A stretch of DNA of 35,651 nt, from assembly GCF_004010195.1 (NCBI RefSeq), contig NC_057752.1:62001-97651 (forward strand). Reading direction: 5' to 3'. The notes under the pieces are model-generated. The model ran no database searches. It saw only the letters and a list, made by a program, of their open reading frames with translations, and was not told the origin of the DNA. The number at the start of each line of letters is the position of its first letter. The stretch's first letter is position 1. Position numbers and translations under genes: made by a program. Shown here one piece after another: positions 24,312-35,454 of the stretch. The DNA comes from Chiloscyllium plagiosum (lineage: Eukaryota).

Positions 24312-25546
24312 TGTTATGATCCCAAGCTGATGTTATTACCAGACAAGTCAGACCCCAGACAAGAACCTGGCTTGATAAATCATATTTTGATTTGTTTTAG
24401 CATTAACAAAAAGAGGTCTCTCACTGAAACATAAACACGCAATGCTGCAAATCATGTTTCAACAAAAAAAATTGATTAACAAAAGATAAAATAGAATAAA
24501 CCAAACCATCTACTTATAATACAAAATCAATGCTGTTTTAAACACATAATAAAAGTATAATTGCAAAACATTCCTTTTATAATTTGAAAAGAAAAAAAAA
24601 AAAAACAGCTTTTGTATAGTACCCAAAATTTACCTCTGGTTCAGTACCCAAAGTACCACTAGTACAATACTCACACCAGAATCCCTGTATCTAGCACCTT
24701 GGTGGAAAGTACTATATGCCTGAGCTTATAGGATTTTATCACAACCTTTCTGGTCTGGGACTAGCACTTACTCATCACTGTAATGTAACTAGCTCACTAT
24801 ATATTCTTCTCTCTTCAGGAGCACTAATCTACACAGTCTAGTCCAAGGATTTGACAGGACTGCTCAAAATTCAAAAGTGAAACCAAAAGTCTCTCTCTAA
24901 GCTATGGGCACCACATTACTCCTTTTTTTAAGAAAAAGTTCCAGCTGTTTCTAAAAAACTGCACGGTCATTTTATCTAGCTCGTTGTATCACAAAACATT
25001 GTAAAGTAAACAAAACAAAATCCATTAGTGGTGCATATAAACCCATTCACTCTAAAAGGAGACAGTGAGGACTGCAGATGCTGGAGGTCAGAGTTGAAGA
25101 GTGTGGTGCTGGAAAAGCACAGCCGGTCAGGCAGCATCCGAGGAGCAGGAGAAGTTGGCATTTTGAAATGAAGAGCTTATGCTCGAAACATAGACTCTCC
25201 TGCTCCTCAGATGCTGCCTGATCAGCTGCGCTTTTCCAGCACCACACTCTTCGACCTCATTCACACCTAAGGCAGACCTCAAAAACTGTTTAAAAGAAAT
25301 CACCATAACTACAGATGTACAAGTTAATTACTAACTCAAAACCAAACTCAAACTTATGCTCTCGCCCTTCATAATTTCTCCAACAGTTTTCTAGCTACTA
25401 TCCTTGCCTCTGATTTAGATGTTCTGCAGTTCTTTGATTCTAATTTAATGCAAGTTTAATCAAAAAATAAAAACAACAAGTATTATAAAAAGCCAGTGAC
25501 TAATAGGAAATTTCCACCATATTATTAGGAACTCTCCCATAACGTG
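24312..25546 (-). mobile_element. possible old solo LTR
   Basis: starts TGTTATG, ends near CATAAC; its terminus is similar to 11502-11537 in reverse; right boundary uncertain. Confidence 0.35.
25058..25257. mobile_element. short fold-back PLE-terminus insertion (copy D)
   Basis: same arms; imperfect duplication cattcactctaa / cattcacacctaa; hammerhead truncated (atgaagagcttatgctcgaaac). Confidence 0.85.
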
Positions 25547-26442
25547 GACATGAGAAGACAATCTTCAGGTGGAGAGATAATTGGATCAGGAAGCACAGGT
25601 GTAATTTAGCTCTCATCCTAAAATAATCCATTATTATTTCTATATAATACTTTGATTTCTCATTCTATGTAGTTTAATGGCAAAGCATGTGGCAATTTGG
25701 AAATGCGACAGTCTGTTGGTACTTTGGATTTTCTCCATAGTACAAGCTGAAAAGCTTGGAGACTCTGAACTGAGGCACTAAAATGTGGTCACGGGTAGGA
25801 AGGTGTAATCGCTGTATGTTAAGCTTTTATGCAGAGCTTTCATTATAAATATAGGCACATGCATTTATAAATATGACAAGATGACAGGCGTGCAAACAAG
25901 ACTTTTCAAAATATTACAGATAGTAAGTAATTTTGAGACAGCCACACTTCAGGGTTTACCAGATTATCTGTAAAATTTGTATCACCCTTGAACAAAGTAC
26001 AAAGAATAATACAAGTACTTTACTGTTAATACATTTTGACTTTAAAGAGACCCTGGAAATCTTACAAGTAGTTACTAACCTATTGAGAAAATTGACTTCG
26101 TAGGGGCTATGTGGGCCAAATGACCATTGAATTGTACTATTCTATGATTTGAACTCAGAATGAACTCAATGGGAATAAGCTTGTAAGTGTATGTCCTGTT
26201 ACAGTAATCAAACTTTGTGGCTGTAAAGCAGAGTGCAACATGCTATACAACACTTACAATACATATTCTAACTCACAACAAGAAATGCCTCAAGAAATCA
26301 AATTTATCAATATGAAGCTTTGAGAACGTCTATCATACTCCAGACATCATGCTTCAATGTGTCAAAAGTATAAGGATATCCTGAACTGCAAGGGAAAGGT
26401 AAGGCAATTTCTGAGACCCATTATTCTCTATGCATTACTCAC

Positions 26443-26591
26443 CAGCATTTTTCATATCAGGATACTGCAAAGTGAAAAGCAGACTCGAAGAAACCCGAAC
26501 AGTTTCTTTTCCACAGCGACAAGTGCTACAATTCTCAACTTCACAACCAAACAGCTTCCCAATCACAGATTCACCAGAAGATCCAAATGTA
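26443..26591 (-). CDS. PAN2: PAN2 internal exon
   Basis: ttcag|T...G|gtgagt; 149 nt, (S)TFGSSGESVIGKLFGCEVENCSTCRCGKETVRVSSSLLFTLQYPDMKNA. Confidence 0.95.
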
Positions 26592-26649
26592 CTGAAATTA
26601 AAAAGTGATAAGATTTTAGAGTATTGCGTTTTAAATAAAATGGTACATA

Positions 26650-26850
26650 CAGTCACTTCTTCAATAACATGATTGCTGTGTTCTTGTTCAACCCCACGTT
26701 ATAGAAAAATCACACTTTAGAAATGGCAATATCATGTTACAGCCAACACACGTTTTAAAAGTTCGCGCTTTAGAAACAGCGTCCCCAATTTGTCAATCAC
26801 ATTACAGCGAATTCGCATTGACAAAATGTGCATTATAGCAGAACGACCTG
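26650..26850 (-). mobile_element. Tc1/mariner-type MITE (copy 2, inverted relative to copy 1)
   Basis: TA on both flanks; reverse complement begins caggtcgttctgctataatgc and aligns with copy 1 along its length. Confidence 0.82.
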
Positions 26851-26963
26851 TATTGTACTTCGTACAAATAGTGTCATTAACCTTTAGTAGCACATTATTG
26901 CATATTTCCTGTTCTGTACAAGAATTTATAAATCTGTACAAGTTCTAGTTTAAGCCACATTAC

Positions 26964-27163
26964 CTCCCCATGACATTTCGATAGGCCTGTGGGCCCTCCT
27001 GCTCCTGTGTCTCCTGGTGTAGTTGTGTCAATATAAATCGATTCCAGCTCTGTATGAGACGGCCCAAATTCACCTTCCCAGTTGCTTCATCAGAATCAGC
27101 CAAGATCAATCCCAAAGCCGATGCTTCTGGAATAGTTCGGAAAGCACGAAGGAAATTGCTGGC
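26964..27163 (-). CDS. PAN2: PAN2 internal exon
   Basis: gttag|GCC...AG|gtaatg; 200 nt, [66 protein letters not shown], ends in phase 2. Confidence 0.96.
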
Positions 27164-27595
27164 CTAACAGAGTAAAGGAAAAAGAAAAAACAGGATGTTG
27201 CTTTTCTCCTAATTTTCATCCATCCAGAGCTTAAAAGTAGAACGTGTTAGGTTCAGAAGAAATAGGTGACTCTATAGATATACTCAAGCTGAATTCCATG
27301 TGGTTCTCTTTCCTTCAAGGTAAGCCATGGCAGTAGCATAAGGGAAAATAGGCTTAAAGTGCTGGAATTCTACTAAAGGGCTCAATTACCTAATCTGAGA
27401 TGTCTACACCTAAAATATGTATTTTTCGATTCTCTTTAAGATGAAGACAGATTCTCTGCATGTTTCCAGTACGTTTAAATCAGGGTAAGTTGACATAAGT
27501 TTTAAAAAATATTAGATGCCATAATCGAAGGTTTCTGGATTAATGGATGAACCATGATGGAATGAAAATGTTTCTTGATGTTGTAGAGCTGGGTC

Positions 27596-27612
27596 TATCG
27601 CCACCTGTTGGT
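27596..27612 (-). promoter_or_regulatory. candidate CTCF site
   Basis: ccaacaggtggcgata resembles the CTCF core CCASYAGRKGGCR; motif match only. Confidence 0.35.
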
Positions 27613-27689
27613 ATCTGCAAGCAGAGCATTTGCCTTTTTAAGATGGTTGGATTTTTGTGAAGTAACAGTCATGCATCCCTTGTCTGCAG

Positions 27690-28305
27690 GATTCCAGGTT
27701 ACTCAGACCCCTTGGCATCATGGTAGCCCACAAACCTACCAACACACTTAAACAGTGACTAATTAACCAAAAGGATCCATTAGATACTACCAGCAAAACT
27801 AATGTCATTTACAAGATACCATGCAGGAACTGTAAAAAAAAACACACATCGGAGTAACTAGCAGGAAACTTGCCACCAGGATACATGAACACCAACTAGC
27901 CGCCAAAAGACACTACCCACTATCACTAGTTTCTATACATACAGACAAAGCAGGGCACCACTTTGACTAGGACAACATACACATCCTAGGACAGGTGAAA
28001 CAAAGAACACACAAGAATTCTTAGAGGCATTGCATTCTAACCGGAACTCCATCAATAAACACATCGATTTAGACCCTATATACCTTTCCTTGAAAAGAAG
28101 AAAAACTGGAAATGATATCACCCACCTTAAGAAACCAAAACCTATAAATAGAGAGGTGGGACATACCACCAAGGCTTCATCGGAGAGTCTCACTGATGTT
28201 ATTTGGTATGGTGATGAAACATTTGAAAACAAACCTTCCAGCTCAGTGAGCTAACTTACATACTTATCATCAACCTGACCTACAAATATTCTCAAAAATC
28301 GTTAA
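27690..28305 (+). mobile_element. degenerate Penelope-like element 3' part
   Basis: NVIYKIPCRNC...RIHEHQLA...FLEALHS..NSINKHIDLDPIY, related to 7000-7560; decayed hammerhead at 28191-28225. Confidence 0.85.
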
Positions 28306-28659
28306 CTTATAAGCATTTTCATGATTGCTTTCCTTATTTGTTTAAATATATTACAAAATGTTTTCTGGTTTTGGTCAGCCATTCATCAAGAATGTACAAA
28401 AAATATCCCCATACAGAAGTGTCTCCAAAGCAAACTACTCAAAGACACACAACAGTTTCCTTCCCTAATACGTGCACGCTCTCCCCTTATTGGGACATAA
28501 TACTCCACTTCCGAAATTCACAGATTGGTAAGAGTGAAAAGATTAGAGCGTGTCAAGTCTGCACTAAGTTACTGTTGGGAGTTTAACCATACAAGACTGC
28601 ACTGCAGTACATGCTTCCAGCTTGTGCTACATTAGGACTCTTGTTAAGACTGTTTTTTG

Positions 28660-28930
28660 AAAAAAGGGTGTGCTAATCTTGTTTGTGGAGATTTTGCTGC
28701 ATTGCAGACCACCTCTCCTGGGAAAACACTGCAGCTGACCATCCCTTGGTTCAACATTTTTGGAGGACCACATACACCAAAGTCACAATATCTGACAGAT
28801 CCAAAGAAAGTATAGAGGCAATGCAGGTGCAGAAACTCACCCAAACACGAAACAACATAAATTGCCAGTTTTGCCAACATCCATGGATAGCACACATTAG
28901 AACCTTCAGTCAACGGAGGACCCAAAGATG
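28660..28930 (+). mobile_element. possible RTE-clade LINE 3' remnant
   Basis: SWENTAAD and a terminal cacattagaaccttcagtcaacggaggaccca resembling the RIGL.SH.RTH zinc knuckle. Confidence 0.35.
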
Positions 28931-28934
28931 ATGA

Positions 28935-29870
28935 AGAAGTCATTGCAGTGCTGAGGCTTCAATACTTTTACAATTATTTACGTGACTTGGATGAAGGGGC
29001 CAAATGTACAGTTGCTGATGCCACAAAGATAGGCATGAAACTAAGTTGTGAAGAGGATATAAAAAGGCTACCAACAGTGAGTGGATAAAGTGGCAAATGG
29101 AATATAATGTGGAAAATGTAAAGCTGTCCATTTCGCAGGAAAAAAACTTTTTAAAAAACATATGACCTAAACTGTGACAGATTGCAGAGCTCGGAGATGC
29201 AGACAATCCAAGTGCATGAATCACAATGGTTTATATGAAGGTACATTAAGTAATTCGGAAAGCTAGCAGAATGTTAGTGTTTACTGCAAGGAAATTGAAT
29301 ATGAAAGTACGGAGTTTATGTTTCAATTATACACAGTATACTGATGAGAGCACATCTGGAATACTGTAAATAGTATGCAAATCTCCTTATTTAAGAAAGA
29401 ATGTAAATATGGTGGAAGGAGTTCAGATAATGTTTGCTCGACTAATGTCTGAAATTGGCAAGCTGTCTTATGAGGAAATGTTGGACAGCCTAGGCTCATA
29501 ATCCTCTGGTGTTAGGAAGAATAAGAAACAACTTGATTGAAAGATACAAGATTTTGAGGGTTCTCGAGGGTGGATGTGGTGATATCTCTCCTTATGGCAG
29601 AACTTAGAACGAGGGGTCACGGTTTAAAAATAAGGAGTTGCCCACTTAAGATGAGATTTTTTTTTTCTTTTAGATGACGGAGTCTTTGGAACGCTCTTCT
29701 TCAAAAAGTGGCACAACTGGAGTCTTTGAGTATTTTTAGGCAGAGATAAATAGATGTTTGATACACAATGAGTTGAAACGTTAGTCGGTGGGAATGTGAG
29801 TTCAGCCACGATCTTACCAAATGGCAGAGCAGGCAAGGGGCTACATGGCTCTAATTCGCACATTCATATA
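28935..29870 (+). mobile_element. degenerate CR1 LINE 3' part
   Basis: ttgctgatg.cacaaagatagg (FADDTK-like), catctggaatactgt and tail remnants. Confidence 0.8.
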
Positions 29871-31799
29871 TAAAGTCTGGACATAAACAATGAGAATTCA
29901 ACTGCTATATAGGACCATTAGATTCCTGGGATTTCCTGGCTATATTGTGACAAAAAGAAGAATTCCAGCCATATAAATCCATTTTCTATTAAGAAGCCAG
30001 GTAGCTGGTTAATCATGAACAGCACCCAAGGATACTGCAGGCCCTTCAGACTCACATATCAGATTATCAAATTCACTGAAGTTCTGATCTTCCATTGCTG
30101 TATCACCTTGGAGGCAACTCCCAAAATTAAACAACATACAAAAAAAAATCAATGGACTAAGAAAAAAAATTACAGAACAATGCACAATAACTCCACTGTA
30201 AAACTGCAGATGGTGCTGTTGAGTTTAATAGCAAATTCAGCGCCATCACTGTTTGCAAAGTGGTTTTTAGAATTAACAATTATGCAACTGTAATGTGAAA
30301 TATAATAACTGCAAATAACATAGTATAGAATATGGGAAGAAATCTTAACCAGAAGAGGAGTCGCACGCTCAAGTCACAATTGTTGAAAATTTGTGAATAC
30401 CTTGTGAAATACGAAAGAAAATTCTAGAAACATACAAGATTTCATTCATCAGAATGTTTTCAGCTGAGTTTGGAACACAGCTTGCAGTAAAAATGAGAGC
30501 AACAATGCCAAAATATGGTCATGTTGTATTGCACAATGCGACAAGACAAAATAGATAACTATCCTGCTACTTCCAATCACAAAATAAATGTTTTACTGAG
30601 CTGAGAAGTTTGACGTTTCACCATAGGTACAGGTATAGAAGGAAATCTAGAGAAAATAATTTTTCTACTGGTCTGTGTTTGTTCGAAAGAAGCTCGATGG
30701 TAATGGCCTACAATTGGTTGAGCCATTCTCTGACCTGTAGGTGGCTGCAGATATGACAGGAAAGAAAATAAGAGACTAACATTGTTCTAAAATGAAATTT
30801 GATTGCAATGATCATATAGAAACAGTGGCAGTCTGTTTTTAAAAATTGAAAACATTAAGCAAACCATATAGCATCTGAAAGGTTAACATTTATTGAGTGA
30901 GACCCTTCAACAAATTGCAAAATATTAGGTTACCATTATCTTCTGGCCATTGATTAGTGCTATTTTCCATTTTAACTGCAGAACGTGGCTGTGGTTGGGT
31001 ATTTCACTTTTAAAGCCAATAAGACATTTACTAAATTCACAAACATGCAGTGTCAAAAAAAATACTTCACTGAGTCAGAACAGAAATATCACGCATGAGT
31101 GTACATTTCCAGAATTACTCTCACTACTTGTCTGCGGGTTGTGTCACTAGATGTCACAAACAAAAGTCGTTCCAAAACTTATTCTCCCATGTTAATTAAA
31201 TCATGTATTTCAGAACTATAATGCCAGTGCAACATTAAACTATGTCTAACCAATATATTTGTGACAGGACTTCATCATTAAATTTTCAAACATTTTAATC
31301 ATAACTAAATATATTTTAAATAGTTTAACATGGTGGTCAGGCACAGAAATATAGTCACACAAGACTGCGGAGATTTTTGAAACAAAAGAACAGGCAAACC
31401 AAATAAATAAAATCTAAACCAAATATAGAACACAGTTTTAAACATCTTAAAACATGCAGCAAAAAAAGTTTCAACCGGTTTCTTGATACCACTCATTACA
31501 GAGATTAAAACCTGAAGAAATTATCCCTCTATACCAAATTAAAGTTTTACTTAACCAATTCTCCCCAGTTTCAGATCTGTGAACTTCTTCTTACGTGAAT
31601 ACTCACAAAACTGAGCTTAAACTTACTCCACATTTAACAACCTTCAGATTTTCTAAGCAAAGCAAACTAGATTGAACGTTTCAGAGACTAACTTTTCTAT
31701 TGATTTGGTGCTCTCCCTGAACTGTCCTATGTTTCTTTCTAGGAAAGCAAGTACATTTGTTTCAGACCCCAGTCAGATTTCCTCCGAACTCAATAGCTA

Positions 31800-32090
31800 A
31801 AGTCTTTTCCCCAGGGTAGGGGAGTCCAAAACTAGTTTTAAACACAGGTTTAAAGTGAGAAGGATTTAAAAAAGAGACATAGGATGGTGCATGTATGGAA
31901 ATGAGTTGTCAGAGGAAGTGGTGGAGGCTGGTACAATTAAAACATTTCAAAGGCATCTGGATAGGTACATGAATAGGAAGGATTGAGGAATATGGGTCAA
32001 ATGCTAGAAAATGGGGCTAGATATCTTGTCGGCATGGATGAGTTGGACCAACGGGTCTGTTTCCATACGATACAGCTCTATGATTCTATG
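31800..32090 (+). mobile_element. CR1 3' end
   Basis: gaggaagtggtggaggctggtacaatt...ctctatgattctatg tail. Confidence 0.85.
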
Positions 32091-33016
32091 CTGCAAAAAT
32101 TTTCAATCTCTGGATTGTTCTAAACTCAAATCAATTCTGTATTATTCTGAATTAGAAACAAGCTAATTGCCTTCAATGGTTACTCTACCTGTCATAATCC
32201 ATCACAGTATAAACATCTTACTTCATTAACATTCCAGAGGTTTGCAATCACCTGCTTTCTGGCAATATACTCGATGAGGTCACTGTTTCAGAAGGAAGTT
32301 GACCTTGTTTATTTTTGTTTTTAAATTTCACATAAGTAACCACAATAATAACCAACCTATATGCCACTATTGTGAAATCCATACTCTAAAAATGATTAGA
32401 TTTCCAACCTCATTCCCAAAAACAGTTCTGAAGAACCACACTGCGCTCGAAACTAACTGTTTCTCTCTCCATAGATGCTGCCATACCCGTTGTTTGTTTC
32501 TAAAAATCTACATATGCTTATATCTTTCACCACAGAAGGAAGAGATTTAAGCGAAGAGAAAAACGTGTGGATCAGACTTAGTTTTTGTGTTCTGACTCTT
32601 CTGAAAACAAACAAAAAGCACTTGCCTGTTGTTTCTAGAGACACTGACAATTTCAAAGTGCTTATAGTAGTTTCTGTTTAAGATTTTCAACATTTGTAGT
32701 TTTTTGCTGATTATTTAAAATATGCAAAAAGTGGACAGCAACTCTGGTTAACAAGGTACATTTGGAACAACCAAAAACATAGGTGGCATGAACAAAGACC
32801 TAACCCAAGTGGACACAAGTAACATTCCCTCCAAGGTATACAACCTCAAAGTGCCTACACAGGCCTCTTTAACTCACCATCCCTGACAGATTTTTTAAAA
32901 ATTCAAGGGTTGGACACTTAACAAATTGCCAACCTACCCAAAAAAATATTTGAGGGAACATTGGAGACGCAAAAAATCCATCTTACAAGATCTAGACTGG
33001 CTCAGTAATCATTTAC

Positions 33017-33145
33017 CTGGCATGGGTCACCTCTCGAAAGATCGAGCATGTGAAATAGGAATCCAAGTTCACAGCCCAAGCAAAATTCCTTCTGACATAG
33101 ATGATTCTGAACATGGCAGCGGATGGGCTCCAGCAGATACAGCAC
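33017..33145 (-). CDS. PAN2: PAN2 internal exon
   Basis: tatag|GTG...CAG|gtaaat; 129 nt, VLYLLEPIRCHVQNHLCQKEFCLGCELGFLFHMLDLSRGDPCQ. Confidence 0.96.
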
Positions 33146-34160
33146 CTATAACAAATGAAGAGTGATAGACAAAATGAAAATGCACATATTTGAGGTAAAT
33201 CATGAAAATATCACAGAGATCTATCTTAAAATTGTAAATCACGCAGCATGACAGATGCTGTTTCCAAGAAATGGAAGAATTTCCATATCAGGTATTCAGA
33301 GTTTCATTAGGTACTCCCAAATTAGATACAGAGAAAAGTGCCCCTACCTTGTCCAAACAGTATGCCCTATCCCCACAAGTGTGGCAGAATTTTTCTTCTT
33401 TTTAGACCTTTAGAAATCAGACTGACAAACTAATCTAATGTTTTTTTTTAAATGGGACATTTTGATTTTGTTGGTCTGGACGGGACACAAGGCCAGAAGA
33501 AATTGGACTGAGATGGCCAAAATCATTTCACTTAGATCTCTCACAAGTTGGCCAAGAAGTTAAATAGTAAGCCACATGGTATCATCTACTCCTAGAATTG
33601 ATCAATAATTTGGTCTCTGGCTTGCCTGTCTACTATACAACCATCTACCAGGATGTATCTTGGTGTGGTTCTGGTTAATTAACCTGATTTCCCACTTTCT
33701 TCCTGCATGTGCGGCAACATCTAGACTTTGTTTACTCCCTAATCACTTTCAGCTCCCCATCGAGAATTGGGAAATAGTAGTGAAGTAGGAAATCATGGGC
33801 ACAAAACCAGATCTGTCCTTTTTAACTTGGTACACTTGTTCCATAGAACCAGGCCATCAATTCACAGTAAACAAATGGCGTTTGAAATAATTTTTAAAGA
33901 TGCATTCAGTATCTAATGTAATAAAGACATGATAGAGTGTAGTTTCCTTTGCTAATTCCAATCTCAAGCTGTTTAGTAATTTAATCAGCAATTTTCCTCC
34001 ATGTCCATGGAGGAAATATTTGGGTTCCACTGAAAACATTTCTTCCTTCTTGCAAATTATGCAGCTACGAGAAAGTCGGTGTTGGAACAAATCCATATTT
34101 TACTAATATATACACACAGTATGGTGAAAGCACAACTGCACTAGACATAACATTCATTTA

Positions 34161-34324
34161 GAGTCAAAAAGTATGGTGCTAGAAAAGCACAGCAGGTCAG
34201 GCAGCATCCAAGGAGGAGGGTCGAATGCCCGAAACGTCGACTCTCCTGCTCCTCAAATGCTGCCTGACCTGCTGTGCTTTGCCAGCGCCACACATTTTGA
34301 CTGATCTGCAGTCCTCACTTTCTC
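34161..34324. mobile_element. short fold-back PLE-terminus insertion (copy E)
   Basis: 15-bp target duplication cataacattcattta at 34146-34160 and 34325-34339; only the 3' half of the hammerhead (atgcccgaaacgtcga) remains. Confidence 0.9.
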
Positions 34325-34619
34325 CATAACATTCATTTACACCAGCGAAGAATGAAGCACTGTCCAAAGAAACAAAACTTCAAGACAAGTAACTTAAATT
34401 AACTTAAAAAAAAAACTAAAGCTAGAAGTAACGACAGTTTGAATTCAAATATTCCCCATTCTGCACATTAAGCAAGACAAGTTATCACTTGCATGGTCAC
34501 ACATGTACATAACATTCTTAAAATCATATTTCTTGAATTAGACAAAAAGAGTATCAACATATGGTACAACAGGATGATAGGATGCAAGATCAGTTCCTTA
34601 CTTGCTAAAATCAAGGGTT

Positions 34620-34845
34620 TGGTTTATAGCTCAGTTGATTGAATGGCTGGATCGTGATGTAGAGTGACACCACCAGCATGATTTTAATTCCTGCACCAGC
34701 GGAGGTTACCATGAAGGATTCTCCTTCTCAACCTCTCCCCTCACCTGATGTGTGGTGGTCCTCAGGTTAAATCACCATTAGTGATCTGTCTCTAATAAGA
34801 CAGCAGCCCTACTGTCTGGTAAGACTATGACAATTTTTACAGTTT
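34620..34845 (+). mobile_element. tRNA-derived SINE
   Basis: A-box-like tagctcagttg, degenerate B box, tttac-type tail. Confidence 0.6.
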
Positions 34846-34961
34846 TACCTTGATTTATATTTGCTAACTTTGTAGATTTCAATTAACTTAAAACCAGAAG
34901 GTGATAAAAGAAAAGTGTGGAGAATGATAAGGTAATGAGAGATTGGAAGAGTGTCCCTGAC

Positions 34962-35081
34962 CTGAATCATACAGTTGCAGTAAGCATTGGGAATGTGTGG
35001 CTCCAAACCTGCAAACAGCGTCTTGTTGTAGTGTTTGAAATCAAAGTCTTCTAAACCAAGTTTTGAGTATTTTATAGTAAC
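34962..35081 (-). CDS. PAN2: PAN2 internal exon (start of pseudo-USP domain)
   Basis: tttag|GTT...CAG|gtcagg; 120 nt, [40 protein letters not shown], matches vertebrate PAN2 as recalled. Confidence 0.96.
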
Positions 35082-35454
35082 CTAAACAGAAACATGTACA
35101 ATTAATCAAACTGCTGAACGATTTAGGCAGAGATCAAATATTTCACATAATTCATCATTAAACTGATACTTAAAACAAAAAAAAACAAGCAATTGCACAT
35201 TTTTGGTGTAAAAGATGTAGACCCAAAGGCTTGGTACAAATTCCAAGGTTAACAAAAGGTCTAAAGTTCTAGTTTAACTTGAGGATACAGCCAACACCTC
35301 CAGAAATAATCGCTCCCTTACAAAACTCAAAATTCAGGGCAATCTCCCTCAATGACCCATATCCTCTTCTGTGAGCTTCCATTCAAGAAGATTTTAAGAC
35401 TGTACAATCTTCTTGCTCCAGGGCTGAAAGCATACAAAACAATATAATCAAATA

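Noticed and set aside
28191..28225. Functional hammerhead in the second Penelope copy
   Set aside because: Core is broken (ctgatgt instead of CTGATGA) and stem II is decayed.
31210..31278. C/D snoRNA-like box spacing on the PAN2 sense strand (ATGATGA...CTGA)
   Set aside because: Terminal stem only 2-3 bp and no recognisable rRNA/snRNA guide; expected by chance in AT-rich DNA.
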